Positions 14,512 through 31,895 of a DNA stretch of 64,000 nucleotides are shown here, in pieces. Where the stretch lies: NCBI RefSeq assembly GCF_009914755.1, contig NC_060931.1; one strand, 5' to 3'. A program made the position numbers and the translations under genes. Source of the stretch: the human T2T-CHM13v2.0 reference genome, Homo sapiens. The notes under the pieces are model-generated. The model was not told the origin of the DNA and searched no databases. It worked only from the letters and a program-made list of their open reading frames with translations. Every line of letters begins with the position of its first letter. Position 1 is the first letter of the stretch.

Positions 14512-14828
14512 TTTTTTTGTTTTGTTTTGTTTTCTGAGACAGGGTCTTGCTCTGTTACCGAGGCTGAAGTATGGCACAATCACGGCTCACTGCAGTCTCG
14601 ACCTCCCAGATTCAACCAATCCTCCTTTCTCAGCCTCCTCGGTAGCTTGGACTACAGCCATGTGCCACCATGCCCAGCTACATTTTATTTTACTATTTTA
14701 TTTTTTTATTTTACAGACAAGGTCTCACTATGTTGCCCACGCTGGTCTTGAACTTCTGGCTCAAGCGATCCTCCTGCCTCAGCCTCCCAAAGTACCAGGA
14801 TTACAGATGTGAGCCACCATGCCTGGCT
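14512..14828 (-). mobile_element. AluJ SINE, apparently inside a degenerate ERVL-type LTR
   Basis: GAGACAGGGTCTTGCTCTG ... GGCTCAAGCGATCCTCCTGCCTCAGCC; right flank TAATAAATTACTTG...AAATCCTCATCTCA...TCTGCTTCTGGGGAA is LTR-3'-like. Confidence 0.85.
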
Positions 14829-17324
14829 GTTTCTCACTTTCTTAATAAATTACTTGCAAACAAATCCTCATCTCAATGTCTGCTTCTGGGGAATTAAACC
14901 TCTGAGAGCTAGCAACAGGTCATTCTACTGCTTGATCATTGCGCTCTTTGATTTTCTGCTAAATGATGATCAATTCAACTACCACAGTAATGGGAGAGAC
15001 AATGTAAAATTTCTCTTTATAGCAACATAATTATAGCTAATTGTGAAGTGAAATAAGAAATAAATTTTAACTCTGGCAACAATAACAACAAAAACAAAGT
15101 GTTGATTATGATCTTTGATTCATTTCCCCAAAAAGGGCATTATCAGGTACAGTATCTTTGAGTCTACAATAATTGTAACATGCTTTTTGGTAAACTGACT
15201 AGAAGGAAATGGAAGTAATATAGCAATAATACGAAGGGACAGAATGGAGAGAGCTACATAGAAAATACATGAGCAAATTTATTGTTCAAGATAATAATCA
15301 GTGGAGAAGACAAGACTGGAAATGCCAGTAAAAAGGGGAAGTGATTGGTGGATTCATATCCCTGATGAAATAGGAGGAAACAAGATAAAGAAAGAAGGCA
15401 ATGGATAAGAGAAAGAATGAAAACAAATAAATTGCTCAGGTGAATAAGAAGGGGTGGGTTGAAGCTGCGTAAGGGGCTTTCAATGGTTCCAGATATCATT
15501 CTCTGGCATTGGTAGCACAGAATGCTGCACTTGCCACACACCACCACCTGGTTTCACCTTGCAAACAGCCATACAGTGCTCCATTTACACCCACACACAT
15601 TTCTCACACTATTCTGCATTCTTCCATTACCACTACTTTTTTATCTCCTTCTCCATTTTCTATATTTCATTTGCTACCCGAAGTATTACTTTAAGAGATT
15701 CCCAAACTTCTTCTTCCAATCAATACATGTTCCCAGAAATCAATAAGGAAAGATGGAAGTAGAATATATTATAGGATATCTCCCTGTTTTCTTTTAAGCT
15801 TCGACTATAAGGATTAGTTATTTTTACAGCACCCAAGAGAAAACACTAGTCACAGGAAGCAGTTCCATATGAAACCAGATCTATCTAAAACTGCCTTTGC
15901 CAGTCCCAAAGGACAATGTTGAAAAGGAATCCCAAGAAATAAATGTGTCTACAAAATTCAGAGCCTATAAAGACAAAAACTGAGGAGAAACACTTAATAA
16001 AGCTACTCCCATACTCTGCATAAGCCAGAAATAAACCACTCCTAATATGGCAACCACACAATAAACATCTAATGCTCAGAATGTTTGTCAAAAGTATGTT
16101 GGTCAAATGTACTATCTTTCAACATTTAACATTTTATCAATAAAGAATTCCTAGAAACAGAATTCTGGCATCTACAAAAAATATATATATCACATAGTAA
16201 CCCATTTTAAAGTTAATCCAGAGTGGTATTTATAACATTTTGAGTAAATCAATACCTTGGAATGATATTTCAAAAACCACTTCTACTATTAATCTGTTGT
16301 CTCATTAGTTGTATTTGTTACAGAACCTAATATGACAAGTTTTGATTTCGACAGCATGTAGTGATTTCAGAACCGATTCCATTGAAACCTAGCCATAGGC
16401 CACAGAAATCTATCAGAAATAATGTCAGGATTGACTTCAGATGGGCCAACCAAGAATTCCCTCATTAAGAGATTATCTGCTGTTGAAATACGTTTATGTT
16501 CATGTTTAAAACAAACATTTCTGAAACACAAAATAATTCTACTCCTCTATATTCAAGAAAAGGTACTAACCACAAGACAATAGCATATAAATAAAAGCCA
16601 CAAACCTGAAAGGCTGTCAAGGTGGGGACAGGAGCACTTGGAACACAGGCTGGAATACAACATGTGTCTGGCTCAAGTACTTAACTTGATAAAGTCAAGT
16701 CTATTTCTATCAATTTGTATTAGGAGATGAATAGGTTCTCATTAAAAAAAAATGAGACTCAAAAAGAAAAACTTTTATTAAAAAAAATCAAAGGTGTCAA
16801 ATCTGGAAATACCTCCCAAAAGCCAGGAAACACTGAGTTCTAAGCACAAGAACCAAGACAGCTTCCTGATGGTCCTTGAGACCAGATGGCCAAGACCAGT
16901 ACAGACCCACAGGTCCCATCTCTCAAGTGTGTGTTAGAAGTGCAAGAAGACTGGGGAACTAGTCTGCAGAAGTATCCATTCCGAGAAACTGACCATACAT
17001 AAAGTTTGGTGAGTTTTGTATGAAATTTCCTCTATTGGGCAATGGCAGCATTTATGCCTCTGAAACTTTGTCAAAAATGCATAAATATTCTATAGTTATT
17101 TGCAGAAGAACTACATTTAAATATAGCATATCCTATGGCTATCCATCTTCTTGGAGTTAACAAAGGGTCCCCACCATCTTAGGTGAAAGGTATTTTACAA
17201 TGTTATAAAAAAAAATTAATGGATATATGTAAAAACAAAGGTAAAATAATTTATACCTTTCAAAAATGACCAAGAAGTAACAGTTAAACATGGTGCAAAG
17301 AGGTAATTCAATAAACACTAGCAA

Positions 17325-17327
<3 letters not shown>

Positions 17328-17367
<40 letters not shown>
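17328..17367. repeat. (TG)n microsatellite
   Basis: Directly visible, ~20 units. Confidence 0.95.
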
Positions 17368-17369
<2 letters not shown>

Positions 17370-18967
17370 CAGCCCGAAACCTCAGAATTGCTAGTTTTTT
17401 TAACCACTTACTATTAATGTCATACTCAACCCGGATTTTACATACCAACAATTTACCAACACACTAACAGTTTACAAAACATCCAGTTCTACGCGGTTGC
17501 CTTTATTACAAAGTAACTTCTTTCCACACTGATGACAGATATAATCAAATAGAAACACAAATTAATTCTTAATATTTTTATAATACTTTTTTAAAACTAC
17601 TGATTTAATAACCCTCAATTTCCCTTTGAAAGGAAATACCGAGAGTATTTAATGTATCCTGACCATGAAACAGAAACTTAGGATAGTAAGTGATACGTAT
17701 GTATCCATTGATACAATCTGTATCATGATACATGATAAAAGTATGTGAAATGATTTTATCAGTTTCAGGTATGCAAATCACAATCAGGTGATCAAGGTAA
17801 TTGCTTTTCCTTAGGGTTGAAATTATCCCTGGTTTCTGATAGGAAAAGTACTGTGGAATGTGCTAAAGTGGTTCCAAAGGTTGCCACACCAACTCACCCT
17901 ACTCACATTCCCACCGTCTCCTTCCATCTTTCTAGGGTTGATTGTGTGGTTTAAGTGATTGTGTGGTTTAAGTGCTTAACTTACCATTGGGAGAAACCTC
18001 AACAATGGATAAAATTAGATTTAGTGAAGAATTTCCAGGACATTTGACTAAAAGAGAAAAGGAATTATCGTATATATTAAAATAATTCATATCATTAGTA
18101 CACACCACACTTTTCCATTTCAGAGGCAAATGTTTGATAAAGTTCAATTAGAATCATTTTTTCACTTAGTTGGAAAATGATTCTAAACTCTGCCCAAATA
18201 TGTGGGAATGTTACATTGGAGAAATGCTCAGAAAAAAGCCCAAGTGTAAAGAACGGAAGATTATGTAAGCTTTGGTAAAAATCTCTGTGTTACATTTTCT
18301 CAGCTCTTAAATGTAATTCCAAAAAAGACCCTGGACAGTGTGGTATGGGCTAGCATATGGTTTATTTTCAGCTTTATGGAACAACAGGGATTTGCAAGCT
18401 TTGATAAATTCCCAACTATAACCACAGAAGATCTCTTCGGATTTCACCAAATAGAAAACAAACAATAATGAGTTGCTGGGGTGACAGGGTCTTTATTTGT
18501 TATGATGGCATAGAAAAAGAAATGCGTGCCTAGGGCATTTGTTTTAATCATGAAAATGGGGAAGTTAGTGCTCAGCATTCTTCATTGCTGGGTCATTCTT
18601 ACAGCCAATTTAATTAATGTGAAGAACAGCTTCTTGTCTTGTAAATAATTCATTTCTTCACTTCACAAGTATTTACTGAGGTCTGATACCAATTCAAACA
18701 CTAGCAAGGTCTTCCATACTTTAGATCACACAGGAATTTGAGGAATAAAGAGATTCAAAAGGGAAGAAATGCAGAAAGAAGTGCAACAAGATGAAATACT
18801 TAGTTTACTCCTAATTTTAAGACAGTTACTATGTTCATAAAAGTGTTTTATGTGTAATTTCAAAAAAACTTTAAATAATCAAATCCCATAGTTTATCCTG
18901 AAAGAAAATAAACATGGGAAAATGTCAGCTTTGTCTGATAGAAAACTTTAGGCTTAGGTGGTGGTAT

Positions 18968-19370
18968 ACATTTATTTATTCATTCCACCAAATATTTTTC
19001 CACCAAATATTTATTGACTACCATACAGGTGGCAGGCTCAGTGCCAAGCTATGCAGATTTTAAACTGAAAGCTGCTCTCATGGAGCTTTCAGTTTACTGA
19101 GAGTGTATGAGAGCAAGAAACAGTAATCAAACACTAATGAGTGTGCAATTACAAACTGAGATATGATCTAAAGAAAGGAAGCACAGATATGGGAATATTT
19201 GTAACAAAGGTACATGTCTTAGGCTTAGGGTTACTGAGGAAGGTGGATGATGAAAAACTTCTTTGAAGAAGAAATGCTGGAATTGATAACTAATGAATGG
19301 GTGCAAATTAATGGGAAGGGAGTGACATCTGACAAAGGCAACAAAATGTACAGAAGCCCTATGATGTAGG
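18968..19370 (-). mobile_element. L2 3' fragment
   Basis: TTATTCATTC...AAATATTTATTGA L2 3' end signature. Confidence 0.6.
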
Positions 19371-19384
19371 TAAATAAGTAGTGG

Positions 19385-19385
<1 letters not shown>

Positions 19386-19418
<33 letters not shown>
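19386..19418. repeat. (TG)n microsatellite
   Basis: Directly visible. Confidence 0.95.
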
Positions 19419-19420
<2 letters not shown>

Positions 19421-19699
19421 ATATAAACAAAAAGAAAGCTTTTATAATACTGAAACCAATAAATTTTCAGATGTCCTATCAGCAATCAGATTACTTAATC
19501 TATCTGCCTTTGCAAGTACTTAACAACTGACAAGAAAGTGAAACATGGATCTGTCTCCATTTCTCAAATGCAGGAGGTAAATTATTATGATATTTTACAC
19601 CATCATCTATTTGCTGCTACTACAATTAATGCATTAGTGCTTAACAAACTTAATACTTTTTATGAAATGAAAATCATAATATCAAAACCCCATCTTGCA

Positions 19700-20085
19700 C
19701 AACTGTAGCCTTCACTCTTAACAGCCACAGGTCTTCTTTGATTTTCCCAAAAAGGCAAGCTCTATCCCCACTAAAGGTATTTACCTAGACTTTCTCCCAA
19801 ATCTTAACAAGAAAAAATAATTCCTAATCACGCACCGGATCTCAGCTTAATGTTACTTCTCCAATGAGGTCCTCCCTGCTTGCTCATTCTAAAGTAGGTT
19901 GCTGCCTGGTTTTTTTTCCCCTCTCATACCAGTTGTCAACTTAGTGTGTTTATTTGTTTACTCTGTCTTTCACAATGTAAATCCCATGAGATAAAATATT
20001 CATGACTATTTTATCTACCAAGAGCAACACATATGTTAGGGGCTTAGTAAATATTTTTTGACTGAAAGTGAATGAATAAATGATG
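19700..20085 (+). mobile_element. L2 3' fragment
   Basis: TCTCAGCTTAATGTTACTTC...TGTAAATCCCATGAG...AGTAAATATTTTTTGA...GAATGAATAAATGA. Confidence 0.65.
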
Positions 20086-21019
20086 ACTGAGTACTGAAGT
20101 AACATAAAGTCAGAGAACTATGAATAAATATGTATTATAATCTTCATAAAAAACTCTATAAGTGTAGGCAATTCGAATATAACTGAAACACTCTTCTGAG
20201 ATTTTCTCAGGGAATATCATATGATACAACTGTCAAGTATAATAATTTTTTTCTATAAAAATCACCGCCAAATTTCAGTGCACTATCTAGGAAGTCAATC
20301 TGAATCTTAAGACAATTCAAACTGGAAAACAGGAAAGGAGTTCTCAAGTATAAAAGCCCTATTAAACAAAATTACTTTCATACATAGAGACTTAGTATCA
20401 CTCATAATTTAAAAGAAATGTTTAATAAATGTGTACTAGATTAATAAATATTTAGTATTTCTGTATTTTCTCCACAATTTTAAGTGTAGAAAAGTCACAT
20501 GAATTTACATATGATTCTTCAACACAATTATTGTTTTTATGAACTTTAAAGAAAAGTCAGGATATAGAATTTTTCCCAAAAAATTTATAATATTCTCCCA
20601 GAAGCAGCTTAGACTCATGTATAGAATGAAGAATATTCAATTAGGAGAATAAAGAATTCACAAACACCAATAAAAATAGCCCACAAATCACACAGACATT
20701 AATAATTAGTTCACTATATTGATTCATTTTGGAGGGTTTTTTTTTTTTTTTTAAGAAAAACATTTAGGTATGTGTGAACTCAGGAGTCATAACCTGCAAT
20801 GAACCCAACTCTGTAACACAACACAGATACCACAGATGGACTGCAAAGGCCAGTCCTGAGGTTAGCTAGATCTGACATGGAAATTTTCAATTTTCTGAAC
20901 CAATAAATTCTTTTGTTAACTTCTTTTTTGTTAGCCCAAGTTACATTAGATTTTTGACCCCTGAAATCAAAAGAGAATTAACCAATAACAAATACTAAGA
21001 ACTCTTCACTCTTCACACT

Positions 21020-21495
21020 CTGAGTCATCACTTCCTTCTCCATTCCATCGCATAGGATGTTTTCAGAATGACAGTATTAAAATGAAAATGTGATTAGATC
21101 ATTCACTCTACAGTTTCTCCTTGTTTACAAGATAAATATTAACCCTATAGCTTATCTCTGCTACCTTTACCTCCCCACCTACCATTCTAATTCATACACA
21201 CTGTAAGCCAACAATTCTGAACATTTACCCATTCTCTGTGTCTGCAATCCCCTTCTCAGAGTCAGCTCCTCTGGAAAGGAGTTACCTTCCTCCTCAGGCA
21301 GCATTAATACTGGTACGATGTACTCCCAATGCATCTTGCTTCGATCTCACTGTATTGCAATTTCTGCTTTGCCAGGCTACCACCTACCCCTACTAGACTA
21401 TAAACTGCTTCAGGTCAGAATTCCTCCATATTCCCAGTGAAAACACTGAACCTAACTCATCTTAGATGCTCAATAAATGTCTGCTAGATGAATGT
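21020..21495 (+). mobile_element. L2 3' fragment
   Basis: ACTAGACTATAAACTGC...GCTCAATAAATGTCTGCTAGATGAATG. Confidence 0.6.
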
Positions 21496-22419
21496 ACACT
21501 TTATCCAATGAACGTAGATTACATTCAATGCATGCACATAAGTTAGCCACTTTTTAAAATGAGTAATCCCTTTACAGCATGATTAATAAATACAATCTCT
21601 AAAATAATAGTTTATTAGTAAAAATGGCCTTATATAATTGATGGTTAAATACTTTTTGTATATAAATAAATGTGATCTCATTTTTAAAATGTCACATTTC
21701 ACTCCCTGAAATAAAGACCTCAAATTGCTTTTTGTAATAATGTAAGGTTCAAAATACTCTCTAACATTTAAAAGGAAATCAGAATTTGAGGAAATAGTCA
21801 TATAAAATCAGTGGTAATTGACAAACTGACTATATAATAATTTCACTGAGATGATTTCTGGTATTAAATGAATGAAAAAGATAATCGTAACACAGAAAGG
21901 TTATTCAAAAACTTGACTAAGAAAAAAAGTCACCAATAATTATTTTATTCAGGGAGTAAATGTTATTAATTGCCAAAATACGAATTTTAAATTTGAGAAG
22001 TACAGATTTGTAAGTATATATTTGTTTGAATAGTATCAGATTGGCCTTTTATTGGCTTATTGGTATTTAGTGCCAGCACTTACAATGTGAACTCAGCAAC
22101 AGAAGATAATTCTTATGAAATCAACATTCAACTTACATGAAATAACTTAAAAACTTACCAACAATAGTCTAATGATTATATACCTTTACCAAACAATGTC
22201 TAATGAAAGTCCAAATGTAAAAATTTAAAAATTAAAATTATAGAATATAATTTTTACACATCAATTGTTTTGTAGCACCATCTCGCAAAGTAAATATCAT
22301 GTTTATTCTGTAGCTAAAATTTCTCCCCACAAGCAGAAATTGTTTGGAATATACAAAAAGACAACCCATTAACAAGTAACTTTAAGTAATGTAGTTGGAT
22401 GGTCATTATAATACAAATG

Positions 22420-25340
<2,921 letters not shown>

Positions 25341-26214
25341 CATTCTAATACAATTAAATGGCCATTCTCTGGGAATAGAAAGTAAGAACTTACAACAGTG
25401 ACGTTTCCATAACACGGAATATATAATAATTTTCAAATGGACAAAAAAGAACAAATAATACCCAAAAGAAGAAACTTAAATATCCTAGTTGATGGAATAA
25501 ATATTTCCACACCCAGATATAATGTCTCACACATAGAAGGCTCAAAATAAATACTAAATTCATAATTCCTTGCTTTGAAGCTAATTAAAATTAGAAAAGA
25601 TAATTCAGTAAAAGGAAGAAGAAAACAATGCTATCCTGTGCCTTAGATACTGAGTAATTAATTCAATTTGATGTCCTATAAGAATAATTCATAAAATTGT
25701 GTATTGTGTCCTGTTTTGATTTACTGGAAGATTACAAACTAGCATGCCATATTCACATGTATTTTACCTTCATCTGAAATAAGTTAAATAAGAATGATTT
25801 TATAATTTGTTTCTTTCAAAAAGTTATTTTTTGGCAATATTTAACATAGTATAACTAAGATAAACTATATATTACCTTGTTAATATTAATGGTTAATATT
25901 AATTTTAATAACCATATATTTAGGCAAGATTTAAAAACTACAAAATAGAAGAAATTAAGCAAAAATAATTTAAAATAAAGCATTACTATGACTATAATAT
26001 TTACCTATAATCATAGAAATTACACCTTATAAATGTATATAATCTGTTTCTTTAAAAAAAAAAACTTTAGGACAATTTCTACCATCATTCGGAGGGTTCA
26101 ATTAGTCCAATCTGCTGTTTAAGATCTAGAGGCTTTATTCAGAGAATAATGCAAGGTCAGTCACCTTAGCTCATGAGCTCTAAAGTAAAATAGCCTTCAA
26201 GATAAATAACACCT

Positions 26215-26360
26215 CTATAAATTACTTATGCTCCCTAAGCTTTACTTTCCTGATCTGTAAAATGGTGATAATGGTATCTATCCAATAAAGTAGCTGTAAT
26301 AATAAAAGAATGCACAAAGAGCACCTAACATAGTATTTGGCACTAAGCTGGCTATTATTT
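26215..26360 (+). mobile_element. MIR SINE fragment
   Basis: TTTCCTGATCTGTAAAATGGTGATAAT core. Confidence 0.65.
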
Positions 26361-26674
26361 TATTAAGTTTAATGTTATGCTGCCTAGAAGTAAAGCCCTT
26401 ATGTGAAGAAGATGGACTCCAAAGCTGCATTGTCTTATATCCTATTCTCAAACATTAAGGTCAGTCTTCTGGTATGTCAAGCTGTAATTTCTGAGGCTGC
26501 CATTAGTATTGCTTATGGAAACATAAGACCAAGTAAGGACACATAAAGTTGGAGTAATCAGAAAACAATCCTGTACCATAAGGAAGAAGACAGGCTGGAA
26601 GTCTGGAAATAGATGATGTATTACAGGGTAGAGAAGGTGAAAAGCCAAGGATTCACCCTATGGAACCTGTAAGG

Positions 26675-26830
26675 TTTTAAATCTCGGCTCCACCAGTTTA
26701 TTTATGTTTGACTTTGGGCAAGTTACTTGACCCTATCTGTAAAGTGAAGACAATAGTAATAATTACTACATATATTGTTAAGTTTCACTGACAATACGAT
26801 GTATCACTCACTCACTAACTGTTAATATTA
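26675..26830 (+). mobile_element. MIR SINE fragment
   Basis: AAATCTCGGCTCCACC...TGACTTTGGGCAAGTTACTT...ATCTGTAAAGTG. Confidence 0.65.
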
Positions 26831-27129
26831 TAAAAGCCAGGAAGATTGGAGAGTTACAAAAGCATCAAATACAAGGTTATAGAGATGGATTTTTTATTAA
26901 GGGAAGGAGCAGATTCCAGGGTCAATTTAATATAATTCTGTCTCTCTTTTAAGACCCAATCACAAATAATGAAAAAGAAAGGTTTTAGAGTGATAAAAGA
27001 CCCCTCAAAAGGTAAAATATCCATGCATGAGGATAGCTGTTATGACATAAGCTGAAGTGAAAGCTGATCTAACACACACTTGTTACATAGAAAAATAGTT
27101 CTAATATTTTTTGATAATTTGGAATAGGG

Positions 27130-27340
27130 TGTGGAAAAGTAAAAGTTTTGCAGTCAGACAGACCTAGCTTGAGTAGCTTGAGTTCAATTTTGCCACTTAG
27201 TAGTTGTTTGACCTTGAATAAGTTCATTATATCCTCTGAACCCTAATTTTCACAACTGTAAGACAGGCATAACAACAACTGCCTTTCAGAATGATACTGA
27301 AAATTAAATGATAAAGTATGTAATGTTCTTGCCATAATTG
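27130..27340 (+). mobile_element. MIR SINE
   Basis: CAGTCAGACAGACCT...GCCACTTAGTAG...TGACCTTGAATAAGT. Confidence 0.65.
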
Positions 27341-30300
27341 CAATAATAGTAGCTTTCACTTTCACTATTTCACCAATAGTGAAAACCATTCCCAAAGAAA
27401 CAGGAACCTTTCCAATATCTCTGCCCCACTCTGAATAGGACATTGTTTTTGTTGTAACAGACCATCTTTCTCATATGTAAATCTGAACTAATTCCAGGTC
27501 TCTGTCAATTTGAATAATGAGTTCAAATCCACATCCTGTTCAACATTAGTTAATTTGTTATCCAAACTATCGCTATGAGTAACTACTACTTTACTTTCCC
27601 TGAAATCACCTCTTTCTCTTATTTTCCTTACACATATGTCACATATAATATTCTTTATGATCAAGCCTCAAAAGCCAGCATTCCATCTCCTAGGCCCTAA
27701 TTTCAACAAAGTCTATTCAAACGAATTAACAACAAACCATTGTTAATTTTCACAAACTTTCGATAAAATTTGAATTTAATGCTCTCATACTTAATGACAA
27801 GACAAAGATAAAATGTGCACGAATTATAAACACCTCCTTGGTTCAATCTATCATATTTACCAAAATTTGGAAAACAAAAATAACACTCTCTAAAGGCAAG
27901 GGTTCTTAATTTAGGTCTAGTTGATTATGATAGAAAACAGACAACCACATGATGCAGAATATCAACCTGATAAGACCAATTCTTTGTAATCTCTTTATCT
28001 CTGATGATCCTTTATGCAATCCAGAAAACTTAATCTTCTCCCACATTTTCAACTGCCTGTGTTTTACTGCCAACTCTGATCAATTTGGCAAAAAGATGAG
28101 AGCAGCAATCACTGGAAAAAATGTAGGGGGAAAAATGAGCCAAATCAACTGATTTTGTTTCAATAGACTATTTAATCTGCCCAATGAGCAAGCCTAAGTG
28201 TTCTTGCTAAAGGTAATTAAGTGGTATTTTGTAATTCCTGTTGTTCTTTTTAAAAGGTCTTGTTTTAAAAGTGTTTTAAAGGTGTTCTATAATGAAACAC
28301 TTTTTGTCCTTAAGGAAACACCTTTTGTCCCTAAGGAATAAGGTAGAAATAGATGCTAAAGTAATAATTTGGCATTACCACCTTATTGTCACAATAATGG
28401 ATGTTTTGACATTGACAATAGATTTCCTCATTTGTACAATCAAAATTCAATTTGAATAGAGTTTTAGTAGCAGCTCTTAAGGAAACAAAGGGTATCAATA
28501 ATATAGAATGTTTCCTTAAGGATGTATAGCTACTGCTATGTTTCCATTTCTTCTAGTCAAAAATCAATGTCACACTAGGCTATAATGAATGGCTGCTTGC
28601 CAGCTGCACTTAAACTGACAGAAACTCATCATTCCTTTAAAAACTGTTCTTCTAAAAAGAGTAATTTAATAACTTGACTTATTTAAGTTTGATTCAGACA
28701 TACAATCTAACCATGGCTTAGAAGGCATTTTACACATAAGAAAAAATAGGCTGTCTTTATTAGTGTTAGAGATGTTTACAACACAGTCAATTTTTAAAGG
28801 AAGAACAGAAACTGCAGTCAATTATTAGATACATATTCACACCTGTTGTCTGTCATGTTTCAAACCCCTTCGGTGTGAGATGTAGTCAAGGCAAATAAAA
28901 CGAAGAAGAACCAGCTGCAAAAACTGATTTTGTTCTCATATGGTAATTAAAAGGAAAAAGTGTACCATGTGTTGTATCTACGACAGTCCCATTACTTCAT
29001 GTTAGGGACAGTCCCATTTTCTTTTAACAGATTTTTGTTGCGGTCAAGTATGTTATAAAGGCTAGCACTTGTAGGTCTAGGCTATTGACCTAATTTATAT
29101 TGGTAGTCTGCCCAATTACCTTTGCTAAATTTCTCCCTGAAGCATACTAGTCTGGTGTCAGAAAAATTAAACATTTTCATTTTCATTCCCACTCTAACCC
29201 CCATACTTAAGTCACACTTAATGTGATTTTTTTAACATCACACTAGACATCAGACCTAGTCAGGCCATGTCTTAGAAAGACAGGTGCTATAAACACCAAA
29301 TGCTTTTAAAATGCAAACCACAGAGCATCTAAAACTACAGGTGGTACAGTTATAATAAATGAACACTCAGAACACATGTAAATGCTACACTGTCATGGCC
29401 GTATCCTTCTCGGAAAACCTTTAAGATAACAGTAACTTAGTTACTGTTCGAATGGTAAATATTGTATTATGTTTCAATTGTGCTTAATTTACGTTTAAAT
29501 CTTACTTTCAAAAAACTATTAATTTAAAATGCTTCTGAATATTATCAATAAGATTACATATATTTAAAGCATCTGAAAATACACTCCAAGTCACTATGGA
29601 TGTGACTCGTTTGAGGAATATATAATATAAAATAATTTGAAGTTAAAATAGATCTTTACCCAAAAAAGGTCACTTTAAAAACACATTCACCACTGTCTTC
29701 TATGTATTGAACATAAAGTATGATTTGCTTTGTAAAAATTTTATTCTTGTACAACAACAAGAAATACGCAAAGATGAAAATACATATGCTCTGGAACTAG
29801 ACAGAGACAGATGCAAATTCTGGCTCTAGAGCTTACAAAAACAAGACCAAATAAAATGCTTAACAAAATTAATGCCAACCTAACCTACTTGGCAAGGACA
29901 ACCCTACACATGAAATGATTCTTACTGATACAATGTAACTGCCACACAGAATTGTTTGACTCAAGAAAACAAAATGCAACTTGTTATGGCATTTGTAGTT
30001 AAGTACCAAGGGTCTAGCCAAATGTATATTGTGCTGTAACTTTTATACATAAGTATAAATTGTATATATATATTATATAAGTATAAAGTGTGTATATATA
30101 TTTTATATATACACTTTTCCACCAAGGAAGAAATTACCAGATTTTCTCTGTCTCTGGATGATTTATAGAACTGAGTAACTTGAAACAAAATGAAGTAAAT
30201 ACATTACAGTGGGAAAAAAAAGTTTTTACAGTCAATGAAAAGAGATATTTGCAAGTATTGCTACGGTATTTGCAGCCTGTAGCAAAACATGTTGTTAAAG

Positions 30301-31864
30301 TTTAAAATGTCCTAACATTATACGTGAAAAATATGATTCACCTGACCCAACCATGGAAAATGCCTTTAACCAATATGTGAAATAGGTTTTCTTTCTAGAT
30401 TATGAAGAATTATTCACTGAGTTTTGCATCATAGAAGTGATTTTTTTAATGAAGGTTAAAATGAAAACAATAATTCAGAAAATAGAATATTAGTTTCCCT
30501 TACCATAAACTTTTCCTGAATATGCTTTAGGAAAATAGAGATAGCAAAAACAAAGCAGAACAAGGACAGGTGTGTGTTGCTCAGTGATCAGTCAGTTCAG
30601 TCATAAATCAGTCCCTTTTAGACGCCGATTTTAATGTAAAGCAGAAGTATATCAGCTAGGAGAAAATCCAATCTCTTCCAACGTTATTTATGACAAAGCA
30701 CTCCTAACTGAAGTCCAATTTGTTTGTGGAATTGCAGTCATTTTGATTCAACTAAACAATAAATGAATCTGCCTTTCATAGCTCCAACTCCAGAGCACAA
30801 AAGAGAACTACATCACAACACTTCACGATCCAGGGGCGCAGTTAAAGGAACAGTGGGAAAGCAGTTTTTGGAGTGGGGAAAAAAATCCAATGAGCTACAA
30901 AATACAATTCATTCACCTGAACCACCCACGTACTTTTTGCATCGGCTGTATTTCACCTAGTGAGCTATTCATAGCACACAAACGAGCTTGCTGGGAGCTT
31001 TATTACAATCCTTCTTCATTCTGAAGGCCTCGTGCATCACTGAATGCTGGACATCTCAGATGACCACTCTAAATACTCCTCCAATTCAACCAAAGCCTAT
31101 GGCACAACTAGATCATGATAATGATTAAAAAAGAGAAATTCTGGGAGGCTAAAAACACAAACAACAGAGAATTTGTCTATAAATTTATAAATATTCCTCA
31201 ACTAATTAAGATTTTGGACTCCGACATACTATTTTCTTTCATAATGACTCTATTTAGAAACAATTATTGTCCAATTGTTCTCTAACTCACTGGTATTTCT
31301 TAATTTGTTACATTTACTAAGTTGTATTTTACCAGGGAAGAAAAAGGAGATCTTAAAATATTTTTTTCTGTCATATCACAAATCTCTTTTTGTGCACTTT
31401 TCTTGTGAACCACATGTCTGAAGGTGAAAAATATTGTTACTAAAACAAAATTCTTATTATTTTTATGCCAACTAAAGAGTAGTTGTTTTGAGAAGAAACA
31501 ACAGGAATTTTTAAATGTATGGCATGACGTTGCCTTGCTCACCAGCCATTCAATCATTCCCAAGATACATATTCTGAATGTGAAGTATTTATTATATATT
31601 GAATTATAAAATATTTATTATGCTAAAAGAGTTCTCAATAAATACTAATTCTCTATCTAAAACTCTTGTAGAATTAAAAACTATGACATAACTGAGGCAT
31701 GTTGACAGGAATGTACACAGTACTAGTAAATTCCCAAGCTGTTGAAATTTTATATTCTTGCATGGACTAGTAATTTCCACAATAGGTTTTCCAGTCCTTC
31801 ATGTTTTACATATATAATTTTAAAAGTTATATGCTTATAGAAGTAAAGTGTTCAACTCTATATT

Positions 31865-31877
31865 TCTTGTTGCTTTA
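31865..31877. repeat. L1HS target-site duplication, 3'-side copy (tcttgttgcttta)
   Basis: Identical to 37911-37923. Confidence 0.95.
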
Positions 31878-31889
31878 TTTTTTTTTTTT

Positions 31890-31895
31890 TTTATT
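31890..31895 (-). terminator. L1 polyadenylation signal AATAAA running into poly(A) tail
   Basis: tttatt on plus strand adjoining the T tract 31878-31892. Confidence 0.9.

Noticed and set aside
21940-22400. 3'UTR-like AT-rich block starting with minus-strand AATAAA
   Set aside because: No upstream coding exon; AATAAA is frequent at this AT content
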